From Eledone cirrhosa (taxonomy: Eukaryota): 64,000 nucleotides of DNA. Position 1 is the stretch's first letter. Each line of letters starts with the position of its first letter. Both the position numbers and the translations under genes were made by a program. The stretch is taken from NCBI GenBank assembly GCA_964016885.1, contig OZ024741.1:252526001-252590000 (forward strand), read 5' to 3'. Positions 12,590 to 24,309 of the stretch are shown in pieces. The notes below the pieces were generated by a model. The model searched no databases and was not told where the DNA came from. It saw only the letters and a program-made list of their open reading frames with translations.

Positions 12590-15310
12590 TCATCATCATC
12601 ATCATCATCATCACCGTTTTACGTCCGTTCTTCCACGCTAGCATGGGTTAGACGGGTTGTCCTGTTGTGGGCAGTGTCTGATCGGCTGACCATGCCTTGC
12701 TCATACAGGAACTGATCTGGCATGATTTCTACAGCTGGATGCCCTTCCTAACACCAACCTCATTTACAGTGAGTGCTGGGTGCTTTTTCGTGGCGCCTAC
12801 ACGTCCACTTTACAGTGTGGGCTGGGTGCTTTTTTGCCGTGGTACCTCCACGACCACCTTGCGGTGGGGGGGGGGGGGCATATTGTTTATATGCTTCAGC
12901 ATGTACCCATGGGAGGTCGGGTACCCTGTATTACTGCGTGACGCCAGAAGTCACGGTCGTGTGTCATTGACTTTGAGAGGTGTAGTTGGGTAAGGTCGGC
13001 TTTTATCACCTCATCCCAAGTCATCTTGGGTCTCCCCACTCCGCGGTTTCCATCAACTTCTAGTGCTCTGCACCTTTTTATGCAGCTGTCATCCTTCATA
13101 CGCATCACATGTCCATACCAGCGTAACCGCCTCTCCTGCACGCAGCATTTGATTCCTCTTATGCTCAGTCTCTCTCTCAATTCCTTTATGCTTTGTCGTT
13201 CACGTATATTACTGTTACACATCCATCGGAGCATGCAGGCTTCGTTTCTCTCTAATCTACGTAAGTCTTCCACCTTCAGCGCCCAGGTCTCACTACCATG
13301 CAACATCGCTGTTCGGATACACGCATCATACAGTCTGCCTTTCATTCTGAGGGAGAAGCCTTTTGCAGCTAGCAGTGGTAGTAGTTCCCTAAACTTCTTC
13401 CATCCCGTTCTTACCCTAGTTATTGTACTTTCTGAGCACCCACCTCCGTTGCTAATTCGGTCACCTAGGTAGCAGAAGCTGTCTACTGTTTCTACAGGGC
13501 CCTCCCAGAGATTGGTGGTACTTGTTTCCTGTGGCTGTTTGCTTGCTGTTTCAGCACAGCTGCTGCATGTGAATCCTACATTCTTAATTAAGCTTCCTGA
13601 GATCTCGCTACATCTCTTGTGTACCCATTGTTTGCATTTGGGGCAGAGAATGGAGTTCCTACCTACACCTTTCCTACATACTGAGCAAGGCCATTTCCCT
13701 GAGGGGATCTGGGTTCTGTTTTCTCGTCTACTTATAAGGACCTTAGTCTTTGTCATGTTGACTTTGAGGCCCTTTCTCTCTAGTCCCTGCTTCCAGGTTT
13801 GGAATTTATTCTCTAGTTCTACGATAGATTCAGCTATGAGTGCGAGGTCATCAGCATACAGGAGTTCCCATGGGCATCCGGTCTTAAACTCCTCTGTTAT
13901 TGCCTGCAGGACTATGATGAACAGGAGAGGGCTAAGAACAGAGCCCTGGTGGACCCCAACCTGTACGCTAAATTCCTCGCTATACTCATTTCCAATCCTA
14001 ACTTTGCTGACTGCTCCCCTATACATGGCTTGTACCGCTTTCACAAGCCATTCATCTACTCCTAGTTTTCTAAGAGCTCACCAGATTACTGCACGTGGAA
14101 CTCTGTCAAAGGCTTTCTCAAGGTCGACAAATGCCAAGTAGAGTGGCTTACTTTTAGCTAGGTACTTTTCCTGTAATTGCCTCACAAGGAAGAGGGCATC
14201 AGTGGTGCCTTTCCCTGGTACAAACCCAAATTGCATCTCGTCTATATTCACCCGGTCCCTAATCAGCTGTGCTATAACTCTTTCTGTTACTTTCATGACC
14301 TGGTCCATCAACTTTATACCTCTATAGTTTCCTCTATCTAGTGCATCGCCTTTACCTTTGTAGCAGTTGACAATGATGCTACTGCACCAATCTTCTGGTA
14401 TGGCCCCCTCTAGTATTACCTGGTTAACGATACGTGTGGTTATAGTGTGACCTACAGACCCAGATGCCTTCAGCATCTCGGCAGCTATACCCGATGGACC
14501 GGTTGCCTTCCCTATCTTCATATCTCTGATTGCCTTACTTACTACGCTGCCGCTGACTTGTACTGCTGGTCCCTCTATAGGGTCTACGTGGGGTAGGGTC
14601 TCTTCTTCCCATGCATTCTCCTCATTTAGTAATCTATCATAATGACTTTTCCATGCATCTTTCTTCTCAGCACTTGTGAGGGCAAGCTCACCTTTATCAT
14701 TCCGGATACACTTCTCTCCAATGACATCACAACTATCTCTGACACACTGCCTCGCAATCTTGAATACCTCCTGTTTCTGGTCCTCACGTTGTAAAACATG
14801 CTTGAATTTTCTATCCTCTGCTTCCCTCCTAGCTAAGTATACTTGTCGCCTAGCTTCCCTCTTGGTCTCTATGTAATGTACCCTGCTCCCCCCGTTCTTC
14901 CATTCTTTCCATGCCTGTCTCTTGGCCTTGACTGCTTCATCTACCTTATTGTTCCACCACCAAGTCACTCTCCTCCTGCTTGAGGTCTTACTCCAGCCAC
15001 AAACCTCATCCGTCGCCTCTAGTAAGTTATTTTTTAGGAACTCCCAGTTCTCTTCTACGTTAAATGTCTCTATCTGTTCTTCTTTACTGTCGTAGGCGTT
15101 GAGTAAAATATCTTTAAATCTGTTACTGGTTGAGGGGACTTTCAGCTTCCAGATCTTTCTTCTCCAGGTTGGCCTCTGTTTCAGGGCTCGTCTAGTTCTG
15201 ACCGTGAGGTCGCTGACAACTAAGCTATGTTGGGATGTACATTCCTCACTAGGGAAGGCTTTTGTGTTTACGACCGTCCATCTGTCACGTCCTCTGATGA
15301 GGATAAAATC
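12590..15310 (-). mobile_element. 5'-truncated RTE LINE (family A): RT with inserted PHD finger, one in-frame stop
   Basis: ORFs 14078..14968 and 12896..14044 are in the same frame, separated by TGG>TGA. Motifs QFGF, DLEKAFD, QGSVLSP, YADD, FCYLG, RRLRWYGHV, GRPK; (GAT)n tail. Confidence 0.95.
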
Positions 15311-15338
15311 TATGTGTATATATATATAAATATATATC

Positions 15339-15393
<55 letters not shown>

Positions 15394-15407
15394 CTCATAT
15401 ATATATT

Positions 15408-16404
15408 AGCTCATTCCATTGCACAGATGGTTCTATAGAAATAGTGGACACCTTCCGTTACTTGGGTGACAAAATCAGCAGTGGTGGAGGGTGCTCTGAA
15501 AGTACAGTAGCTAGAGTCAGAACTGGATGGAAAAAGTTCAAAGAGCTTATACCGCTATTGGCCGCTAAAGGGTTCTCTCTAAAAATGAAAGGCAGGCTCT
15601 ATGATGCCTGCATACGAACAGCAATGTTACATGGCAGTGAGACCTGGGCATTGTGTGCAGAGGATATACGCAGACTGGAGAGGAACGAATCTTGCATGCT
15701 CCACTGAATGTATAATAGTAATAAACGTGAACGGCAAAGCATAAACGAACTAAGGGAAAAATTAGAAATAAGAGGGATCAGATGTTGTTTACTCGAGAGA
15801 AGACTACGTTGGTACGGTCATGTGATGCGCATGAAAGACGACAGCTGTATAAAAAAGTGCAGGGCAATAAAAATAGACGGTAACCATGGAGTAGGCAGAC
15901 CCAGAAAAACCTGGGACGACCTGATAAATTCCGACCTCACACACTTACACCTCTCCAAGACAATGTCACTGAACAGAGATCTTTGGCGCTACACAGTAAT
16001 ACAGAAGACCCGCCTTATCTAAGTACAAAGTGAAACCTACTACAGTCAGTAAACACCTCTAACAAAAATACACCCCGTCCCACTACCCCCACCTCATCCA
16101 CACCACGCCTTTCAATGTAAAGTTATGTTGGTACCACAACATCCAGTCCGAAACAAATGAGGTCGTGTAGGTGTCACGACAAAAAACACACAGTCCACGC
16201 TGTAATATGGCTGTGTAGGTAACACGGTAAAAACCTCCCAATCCACACTGTAAACGTGGTTGGTGTTAGGAAGGGCATCCAGCCGTAGAAAACCCGCCAG
16301 ACAGTCCTATGCGAGCAAGACAACCACTCTTGCCTCAAGTGGGAAAACTCCCGTCCAAACCCATGCAACCCATTAAACGATGATGATGATGATGATGATG
16401 ATGA
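15408..16404 (+). mobile_element. RTE LINE 3' fragment (family B) with (GAT)n tail
   Basis: FRYLGDKIS...LHGSETW...RRLRWYGHV...GRPRKTW; same family as 18705..21426. Confidence 0.92.
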
Positions 16405-16561
16405 TATATATATATATATGTGTATATATAAGCAAAGAGATATTTAATTTGTTGGTAATTCCACAAATATATTTATAACAGATTCGAAGCACTCGACAAG
16501 TTTTCTGGAGTATAATATCAATGATATTAATAAATGGAAACTATATTTATAAAACCATATT

Positions 16562-16622
16562 TATTCTATTATATATATTTCAAGGGTACCAAAACTTTGG
16601 TACGCTCTCATCAGATAAAATA
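16562..16622 (-). ncRNA. Type-I hammerhead ribozyme in a pLTR-like repeat (~16431..16645)
   Basis: tattttat CTGATGA gagc-gtaccaaagttttggtac-cctt GAAA tatata TA atagaata, plus a 12-bp outer stem (tatttataaaac/gttttataaata). Confidence 0.8.
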
Positions 16623-16712
16623 CAAAATTTGTTTTATAAATAGTGACATACCCAGGAATCAGACCTTAATATCTCTCATATTATCAAAGTATTTGAGAGG
16701 GTGGGGAGATCA

Positions 16713-18098
16713 TGAATAACCCACTTTCTTGAAAGCAACGGCCTGCTGAACTCCAACCAACATGGGTTTCGTAATGGAAGGGACTATCTAACGCAGCTCC
16801 TGCACCACTTTAACGATGTTTTGAGAGCCTTGGGAGAGGGCTCCAACACTGATGTCATCTACCTTCATTTCAGCAAGGCCTTTGACAGGGTTGATCATAA
16901 GATTCTACTGAAAAAACTATCCAACATTGGTTTCTGTGGAAAGTTACTACAGTGGTTCAAATGTTTCCTGACAGACAGAACTCAACATGTTGTAGTTGAA
17001 GGAGTAAAATCAAGCCCTGCCAAAGTCAGCAGTGGCGTCCCACAAGCCACTCTGTTGGGCCCACTTCTTTTCATTATCTACATTAATGACATTACTGACA
17101 CCATCAAGCACAGCAACATAAGAATCTTTGCAGATGATTCCAAGCTCCAAAGGGTCATCAATGAGGTGGATGACAGGACTTGCCTTCAGTCAGTCCTACT
17201 GGGTGTTATCCAATGGGCAGAGATAAATAATATGCTGTTGAATGAGGATAAGTTTGAATTAATCCACTTTGGAAAAAAGGATGCCCTGAAACTACCATAC
17301 TCTCTTCCTTCGGGTAAAACTCTCGTGGTATCCAACAACATCAGAGACCTGGGAGTAATTGTGGACAACAACATAAGCTGGCCCACTCATATAAACAGCA
17401 AAGTTGACATGGCCTGCAGAATGTGTTCTTGGATCCTCAGAACCTTGCAGTCAAGAGATATCCAAACTATTATCCTTCTCTTCTCCACTTTTGCCTGACC
17501 CCACCTTGAATACTGTTGTCCACTGTGGTCTCCCCACACGAAACAAAGTATCATGAAAGTTAAAGCACTCCAAAGATCGATTACAAAAAAGATAGTTGGC
17601 ATAACAGGCCTTGACTATTGGAGTCGATTAGAAAAGCTCAACCTTTATTCTCTCCAACGTCGCCGTGAGTGCTACATTATCTGCATGATGTGGAAAATAT
17701 TCCATCAGCTTTGCCCAAATGATGTTGGCATCACCTTTAATGTACACCCAAGGTTTGGGCCCCGTGCTATCCGCCCATGACAAAAATCTCACTCGCATCA
17801 CATAACAACAATACGGCACAATTATTTCACCTCAATTGGCCCTGCTCTCTTTAACATTACACCAAAACACATTAAAACAGAAACAGACCCCCATCAAATT
17901 CAAGAAGTCTTTGGACAAATTGCTTCAAGAAATCCTGGATAAGCCTCCTACACCAGGATATGCTTCCGTAAACAATAACTCTCTGCTCGAGTAGGCCATG
18001 GTGCCCAAACCCTGATTTGTAAGACTTTGCCAGGTTGTGCTATTAAGTTAGACATGGCCTGAGCCAATACTGGCCAAAACCTATGAAAGTTATCAAAG
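16713..18098 (+). mobile_element. CR1/L2-group LINE, 5'-truncated RT region
   Basis: QHGFR...VIYLHFSKAFDRVDH...SGVPQATLLGPLLFIIYIND...FADDSKL...IRDLGVIVD...LEYCCPLWSP...LYSLQRRRE. Confidence 0.9.
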
Positions 18099-18200
18099 TA
18101 TATATATTTATATATATATATACATATATATACATACATATATATACTTATATATATATATACACACATATATATGTGTATATACATACACACATATATG

Positions 18201-18235
<35 letters not shown>

Positions 18236-18319
18236 GGACGTTAAACGATGATGATGATGATATATGTGTGTATAAATATGTGTATATATATGTATATATA
18301 TGTTTATATCATCATCATC

Positions 18320-18690
18320 ATTTTACGTCTGCTTTTCCCTGCTTGCAAGGGTGGGATGGGAACTGATTCTGGCTTGATTTCTACAGCTGGATGCCCTTCC
18401 TAACACCAACCTCATTTACAGTGAGTGCTGGGTGCTTTTTTTCCATGCGCCTACAGTTCACTTTACAGTGTGGGCTGGGTGCTTTTTTTGCTGTGGCACC
18501 TCATGGACCACTTTGCAGTGGAATGATATGGACCCCAGTCCTATCATCTCATTTCTACAGCTGAGTAAATTGGAGCAATGTGAAATAAAGTGTCTTGCTC
18601 AAGGACACAACACATCACCCGGTCTGATAATTGAACTCACAACCTTTCGATTGCAAGGCCAATGATCTGACCACTAAGCCATGTGCCTCC
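18320..18690 (-). mobile_element. tRNA-headed RTE-tailed SINE
   Basis: Reverse complement of the 12237..12575 family. Confidence 0.85.
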
Positions 18691-18704
18691 ATATATATGG
18701 ATAT

Positions 18705-21426
18705 CATCATCATCATCATCATCATCAACGTTTAACGTCCGTGTTCCACGCTTGCATGGGTTTGGACGGGGGTAGTCCCACTTGAGGCAAGAGTGATTGT
18801 CTTGCTCGCATAGGACTGTCTGGCAGGTTTTCTACAGTTGGATGCCCTTCCTAACACCAACCACATTTACAGTGTGGGTCTGGGAGGTTTTTACCGTGTT
18901 GCCTACACGGCCACATTACAGCGTGGATTGTGTGTTTTTTTGTCGTGACACCTACACGATCTCATTTGTTTCGGCCTGGATGGCGCGGCACCAACATAAC
19001 TTTACATAGAACGGGGTGGTGTGGATGGGGTGGGGGGGGGGGTGTATTTTGTTAGAGATGCCTATTGGCAAGGCGGGTCTTCTCTGTTACTGAGTACCGC
19101 CAAAGGTCTCGGTCCAGTGACATTGTCTTGGAGAGGTGTAAGTGTGTGAGGTCGGAGTTTATCAGCTCATCCCAGGTTTTTCTAGGTCTGCCTATTCCGT
19201 GGCTACCGTCTATCTTTATTGCCCTGCACTTTGTTATACAGCTATCGACTTTCATGCGCATCACGTGTCCATACCAACGCAGCCTTCTCTCGAGTAAACA
19301 ACATCTGATCCCTCTTATTTCTAATTTTTCCCTTAGTTCGTTTATGCTTTGCCGTTCACGTTTATTACTATTATACATTCAGTGGAGCATGCAAGCTTCG
19401 TTCCTCTCTAGTCTGCGTATATCCTCTGCACACAATGCCCAGGTCTCACTACCATGCAACATTGCTGTTCATATGCAGGCATCGTACAACCTGCCTTTCA
19501 TTTTTAGGGAGAACCCTTTAGCAGCTAATAGTGGTATAAGCTCTCTGAACTTTTTCCAACCAGTTCTGACTCTAGCTACAGTACTTTCAGAGCACCCTCC
19601 CCCACTGCTGATTTTATCGCCCAGCTAACGGAAGCTGTCCACTATTTCTATTGAACCCTCTGCGCAATTGAAAGAGCTAGTATTTTGTGGGCACTTGCTG
19701 CTACTTATTGCACCAGAACACCGGCCACATGTAAAATCTATGTTCTTAGTTAGCTTACCTGTGATCCCACTACATCTTTTATGCACCCATACTTTGCATT
19801 TAGGACATAAAATGGAGTTTCTACCTACGCCTTTCCTACACACCGAGCACGACCATTTCCCAGAAGGGACCGCCGCCTTGTTTTCTTTCCTACAAACTAG
19901 AACTTTGGTCTTAGCCAGGTTAATTTTAAGTCCTTTTGACTCTAGGCCGTGCTTCCATGTTTGGAATTTCTTCTCTAGCTCGGCCATTGATTCCGTTATG
20001 AGTGTCAGGTCGTCTGCGTATAGGAGTTCCCATGGGCAGCCTGTCTTGAACTCCTCTGTTATAGCCTGAAGGGCAATAATAAATAGTAGGGGGCTGAGAA
20101 CAGAGCCCTGATGGACGCCAACTTTTACGCTAAACTCTTCACTATATTCGTTGTTAATTCTAACCTTGCTGACTGTTTCTTTATACATGGCTTGTATAGC
20201 CCTAACAAGCCATTCGTCAACGCCTAGTTTTCTAAGAGCCCACCAGATAATGGAGCGGGGGACTCTGTCGAAGGCTTTCTCCAGGTCGACAAAAGCTAAG
20301 TAGAGGGGTTTACCTTTAGCTAGGTACTTCTCCTGTAGTTGTCGTACTATGAAAAGAGCGTCTGTGGTGCTTTTGCCTGACACAAACCCGAACTGCATTT
20401 CATCTAGGTCAATTCTCTCTCTGATTAGTTGCGCTATTACTTTTTCCGTGACCTTCATGACCTGGTCGATTAATTTAATGCCTCTATAGTTACTCCTATC
20501 TAGGGCGTCTCCTTTACCCTTATAACAGTTAACGATGATGCTGCTATGCCAGTCCTTCAGAACAACCCCATTCTGTACGACTTGGTTAACTATGCGGGTG
20601 ACCATGGTGTGTCCCACCGTGCCAGATGCCTTCAGCATCTCAGCAACTATTTCCGAAGGCCCAGCCGCCTTACCCGTCTTCATATCCTTGATTGCCTTAC
20701 TTATTATACTCCCCTCGACTAACACTGCTGGTCCCTCTATTGGGTCGATATGGGGGAGACTGTCTTTCTCCCATTTATTCTCCTCATTTAGTAGCCTTTC
20801 ATAGTGACACTTCCAAGCTACCTTCTTATCAGTGTCGGTGATGGCAAGTATGCCATCATCGTTAAGTACACACTTCTCCCCGACAATATCACGGTTTTCC
20901 TTGACGCATTGCCTAGCAATCCTGAACACCTCACGTTTTTGGTCATCGCGTTGTAGAACATGCTTGAACTTTCTTTCCTCAGCTTCCCTTCTTGCTAAGT
21001 ACACTTCTCTCCTAGCTTCCCTCCTGGCCACTTGATAGTCTACTCTACTTCCCCCATCCCGCCATACTTTCCAAGCCTGCTTTTTGGCCTTAATTGACCC
21101 CTCCACCCTACTGTTCCACCACCATGTTACTCTCCTCCTGCCTACAGGCCTGCTCCAGCCACAGACTTCGTCTGTCGCCAACAGCAGGTATGCTTTCAGA
21201 AATTCCCACTGTCCCTCTATATTGTCCGATTCTAGATGCTCTTCCTTACTGTCGAAAGCATCAAGTAATATGCTTTGAAATTTATTCCTGGCTGTGGGGT
21301 CCTTTAGCTTCCATATTTTTCTCCTGAGGATAGTCCTCTTCTGCTGTCGAGTACGTCTCGTCCTGACTATGAGGTCGCTAATTATCAGTCTATGTTGGGA
21401 GGTGCATTCTTCATGGGGGAGGGATT
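18705..21426 (-). mobile_element. 5'-truncated RTE LINE (family B) with PHD finger in RT and two in-frame stops
   Basis: 518-aa ORF 19625..21181 with RT motifs and C-x2-C...C-x2-C-x4-H-x2-C...C-x2-C, continuing to 19052; (CAT)n tail at ~18705. Confidence 0.95.
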
Positions 21427-21427
21427 T

Positions 21428-21458
<31 letters not shown>

Positions 21459-22189
21459 GGAACGATCGACTTTCGTCAAATCGGACCGAGGGAACAATGT
21501 TTCCGTTGGTCTTTCCAATTGCTAATACTATCTATCGGTCGCAACTCCAGGTAGAAGGAGCAATGTGAAATAAAGTGTCTTGCTCAAGGACATAACGCAT
21601 CGCCTGGTCCAGGAAACGAACTCACAACCTTACGATTACGAATCCAATTCTCTAACCACTCAGCCACACGCCTTCACTACATATATATATATATATTCAT
21701 ATATATTGTTATACTTTGCGAGAGTCATGCTGTCAATATAAACACACACACCTGTTGGTTTTTACTTCAATTTGTTATAAATTTCCAGTTGGTTGGTTGG
21801 TATGATAACCAGATGGTTGTTTATATATAGTCAAAGCTCTTTCTTCACACATTCTGTGACCTCCTCAGTGACTGGGTTATTATGTTTTGTCTCTCCATTG
21901 CACTGTCCTACACCATCTTGTTTTTATGTATTAACACACAAAAACAAGATGGTATACGACAGAACAAAGGAGAGACACAAATAAAAGTAAAAATCCTAAC
22001 CAATACAAAACCCACAACTACAGGCACTTAGAATTCCCTAAACAGGAAACCTCTTTTTTAGTCATATTGAATCTGGCAAAAGAACTATAAAAAACATTCT
22101 AACCATCACCCAACACCACTCCACTGCACAAACTCCCATTGTTGCTATAAACAAACAAACCCCTAAAACAATTAAAATCAGCCATCAGT

Positions 22190-23800
22190 TGTCCTCACTG
22201 AAACCCATCTCAATCCACTCCACTTGGAAGCCGAGGTGAAAGTGAAGAATCTCAATGCTATCTGTGCAGATCACACTGGCAGAAGAAAGGCCAGGTCTGC
22301 CATTTTTGTACATGATTCTTTTTTGACTGAGGCTAAGAACATATTTTTCCATGGATACTGTGAAGCAGTCTCTGTGTACAGTAAAACCAACAACTTAATA
22401 GTAGTTGGGCTCTATAGGCCACCCCAAATTCCTTTACCATGTTTCAAGGAAGGCCTCAACAGCATAAGGTATTTCATCCAACAATGTCACCCTGGCAACA
22501 TCTTAACACTTTAGCAATTAAACCGGCCGTATTCGGCCAGAATTCTCTCATCTCTTTCTGTTCAAACTGGCCATAACCATCCCCTCATACTTATATTAAG
22601 GTACTGTTCTCAAAATAAATGACATCAAAGTCTCATCGATTCAATATTATGTGAAATAATTATGTGAGGTAAAGCCTTTTCTGTGAAAATACAAAAATAA
22701 ATATAGAGTAATGTGAATGCTAAAGGGTTAATGATAGGACTTCAACTTCCCAGTGTTGACTAGTCCACAAACTGCTTGATACCAGGTTTTTCCACCTCAA
22801 CTCCTGACAAGGAGGCAGTAGAATCACTTCTTGACTTCATGGATGAGTTTTTCCTGTCCCAACTCCCAATCATATCTCTCCAGCCCATCCATTTGACACC
22901 ATGGATCTTCATAATGCAAACTGGGAAGCGATCAATCATGATCTTGTACATGTTGATTGGTCTTTCACACACACACTCACTCACCCACTAACATCAAAAA
23001 ATCTTGGCAGAAATTTGTAGACACTGTAACAAATATATGTGCAAGACAAACCCCATTAAGATCTGTAAACAAATCTAAGTGTAGAATCCTTAGAAATAGA
23101 AGAATACTTATTGAAAAGAATTAACAAAAAAAAATCAACAACTGTAATACTGTCAGCAGCAACACACCCATTTGACTGCCATTACATCACTAGAATCGAA
23201 AAAACACAACCTCAAAACCAGCATGAAGTCCATCATCAACAATCAAAGAGCAGCTGAAGATGCCTGGGCCACTGAGAAAATAAAACTCACTCCCAAAGTA
23301 TTCTTTTCATTTACAAAAAAGACACAAAGTCAATGGCTCCACTGTTGGCCCTCTAATAGATGAGAATGGCACTCTCCAAGATAATGCCAAAACCATGGGT
23401 GAGATACTGCAGAAACAATACTGCTCTGTTTTCAGCAATCCTGATATGGCTGATCGGAGCTGTATCAGTGATGTTAACCCCCAACACACTATATTGGATA
23501 TAACGTTTGGTGCCCCTGATGTTTTAGCAGCAATGAACAAAACTAAACACAATTCAGCACTAGGCCCCGATAGGTTCCCTGCTTGTGACCTGAAGGTGTG
23601 TCGACACCAACTTGCATCTCATCTTGCTAATCTGTGGAGGAACTCACTGGATATATACTAGAAAACTTACTATCCCAGTCTGTTGTCCCAATTTTCAAAA
23701 AGGGTTGTGAGATCGTGAATAACTCCCTTTCTTGAAAGCAACAGACTGCTGAACTCCAACCAATATGCGTTCCATAATGGAAGAGATTTTCTAATGCTCC
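22190..23800 (+). pseudogene. Heavily decayed CR1-group ORF2 (APE endonuclease to start of RT)
   Basis: ETHL..., VVGLYRPP, a GDFNFP-like motif, LGPDRFPA. The 3' end overlaps the start of the 16713 element. Confidence 0.7.
22507..22727. mobile_element. piggyBac-type MITE with TTAA target-site duplication
   Basis: ttaa|cactttagcaatt ... aatgctaaaggg|ttaa. Removing it rejoins the host LINE sequence just before its GDFN-like motif. Confidence 0.75.
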
Positions 23801-24095
23801 TACATGGTAATGAAATCTGGGCATTGTGTGCAGAGGACCTGCGCAGATTGAAAAGGAATGAAGCATGCATGCTCTGATGGATGTGTAATTGTAATATACA
23901 TGAATGGCAAAGCGTAAACAAACTAAGTGAGAAATTAGGCATAAGTGGGATCAGATGCAGTTTACTAGAGAGAAGATTGCATTGGTATGGTCATGTGATG
24001 TGTATGAAAGACAAGTGGCGAGATGCTGTGCTGAAAAGGACCCGTCCCACCCTTGCAAGCAGGGAAAAGTGGACGTAAAAGGATGATGATGATGA
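23800..24095 (+). mobile_element. RTE 3' fragment with (GAT)n tail
   Basis: LHGNEIWALCAEDLRRL...ERRLHWYGHV followed by ggacgtaaaaggatgatgat. Confidence 0.8.
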
Positions 24096-24309
24096 TATAT
24101 ATATATCAGAATAGAGGTGGTTAAAGCCAGTTAGACCATTTCTCACCTCGATACTTAGGGTAGTTGAGTGGGTAATATGAAAAATTCAGGACCCCGATGG
24201 CTGAGCTCCCTTCATTTCAACAGCTATATCTGAGCAGGAGATCAGCTGTCGGGGTCCCGAATTTTTCATATATATATATATGTATATATATATATATCAT
24301 CATCATGGT

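Noticed and set aside
13026-14141. Long plus-strand ORFs opposite RTE copies (also 19065, 63175)
   Set aside because: Antisense shadows of LINE coding sequence with no independent motifs.
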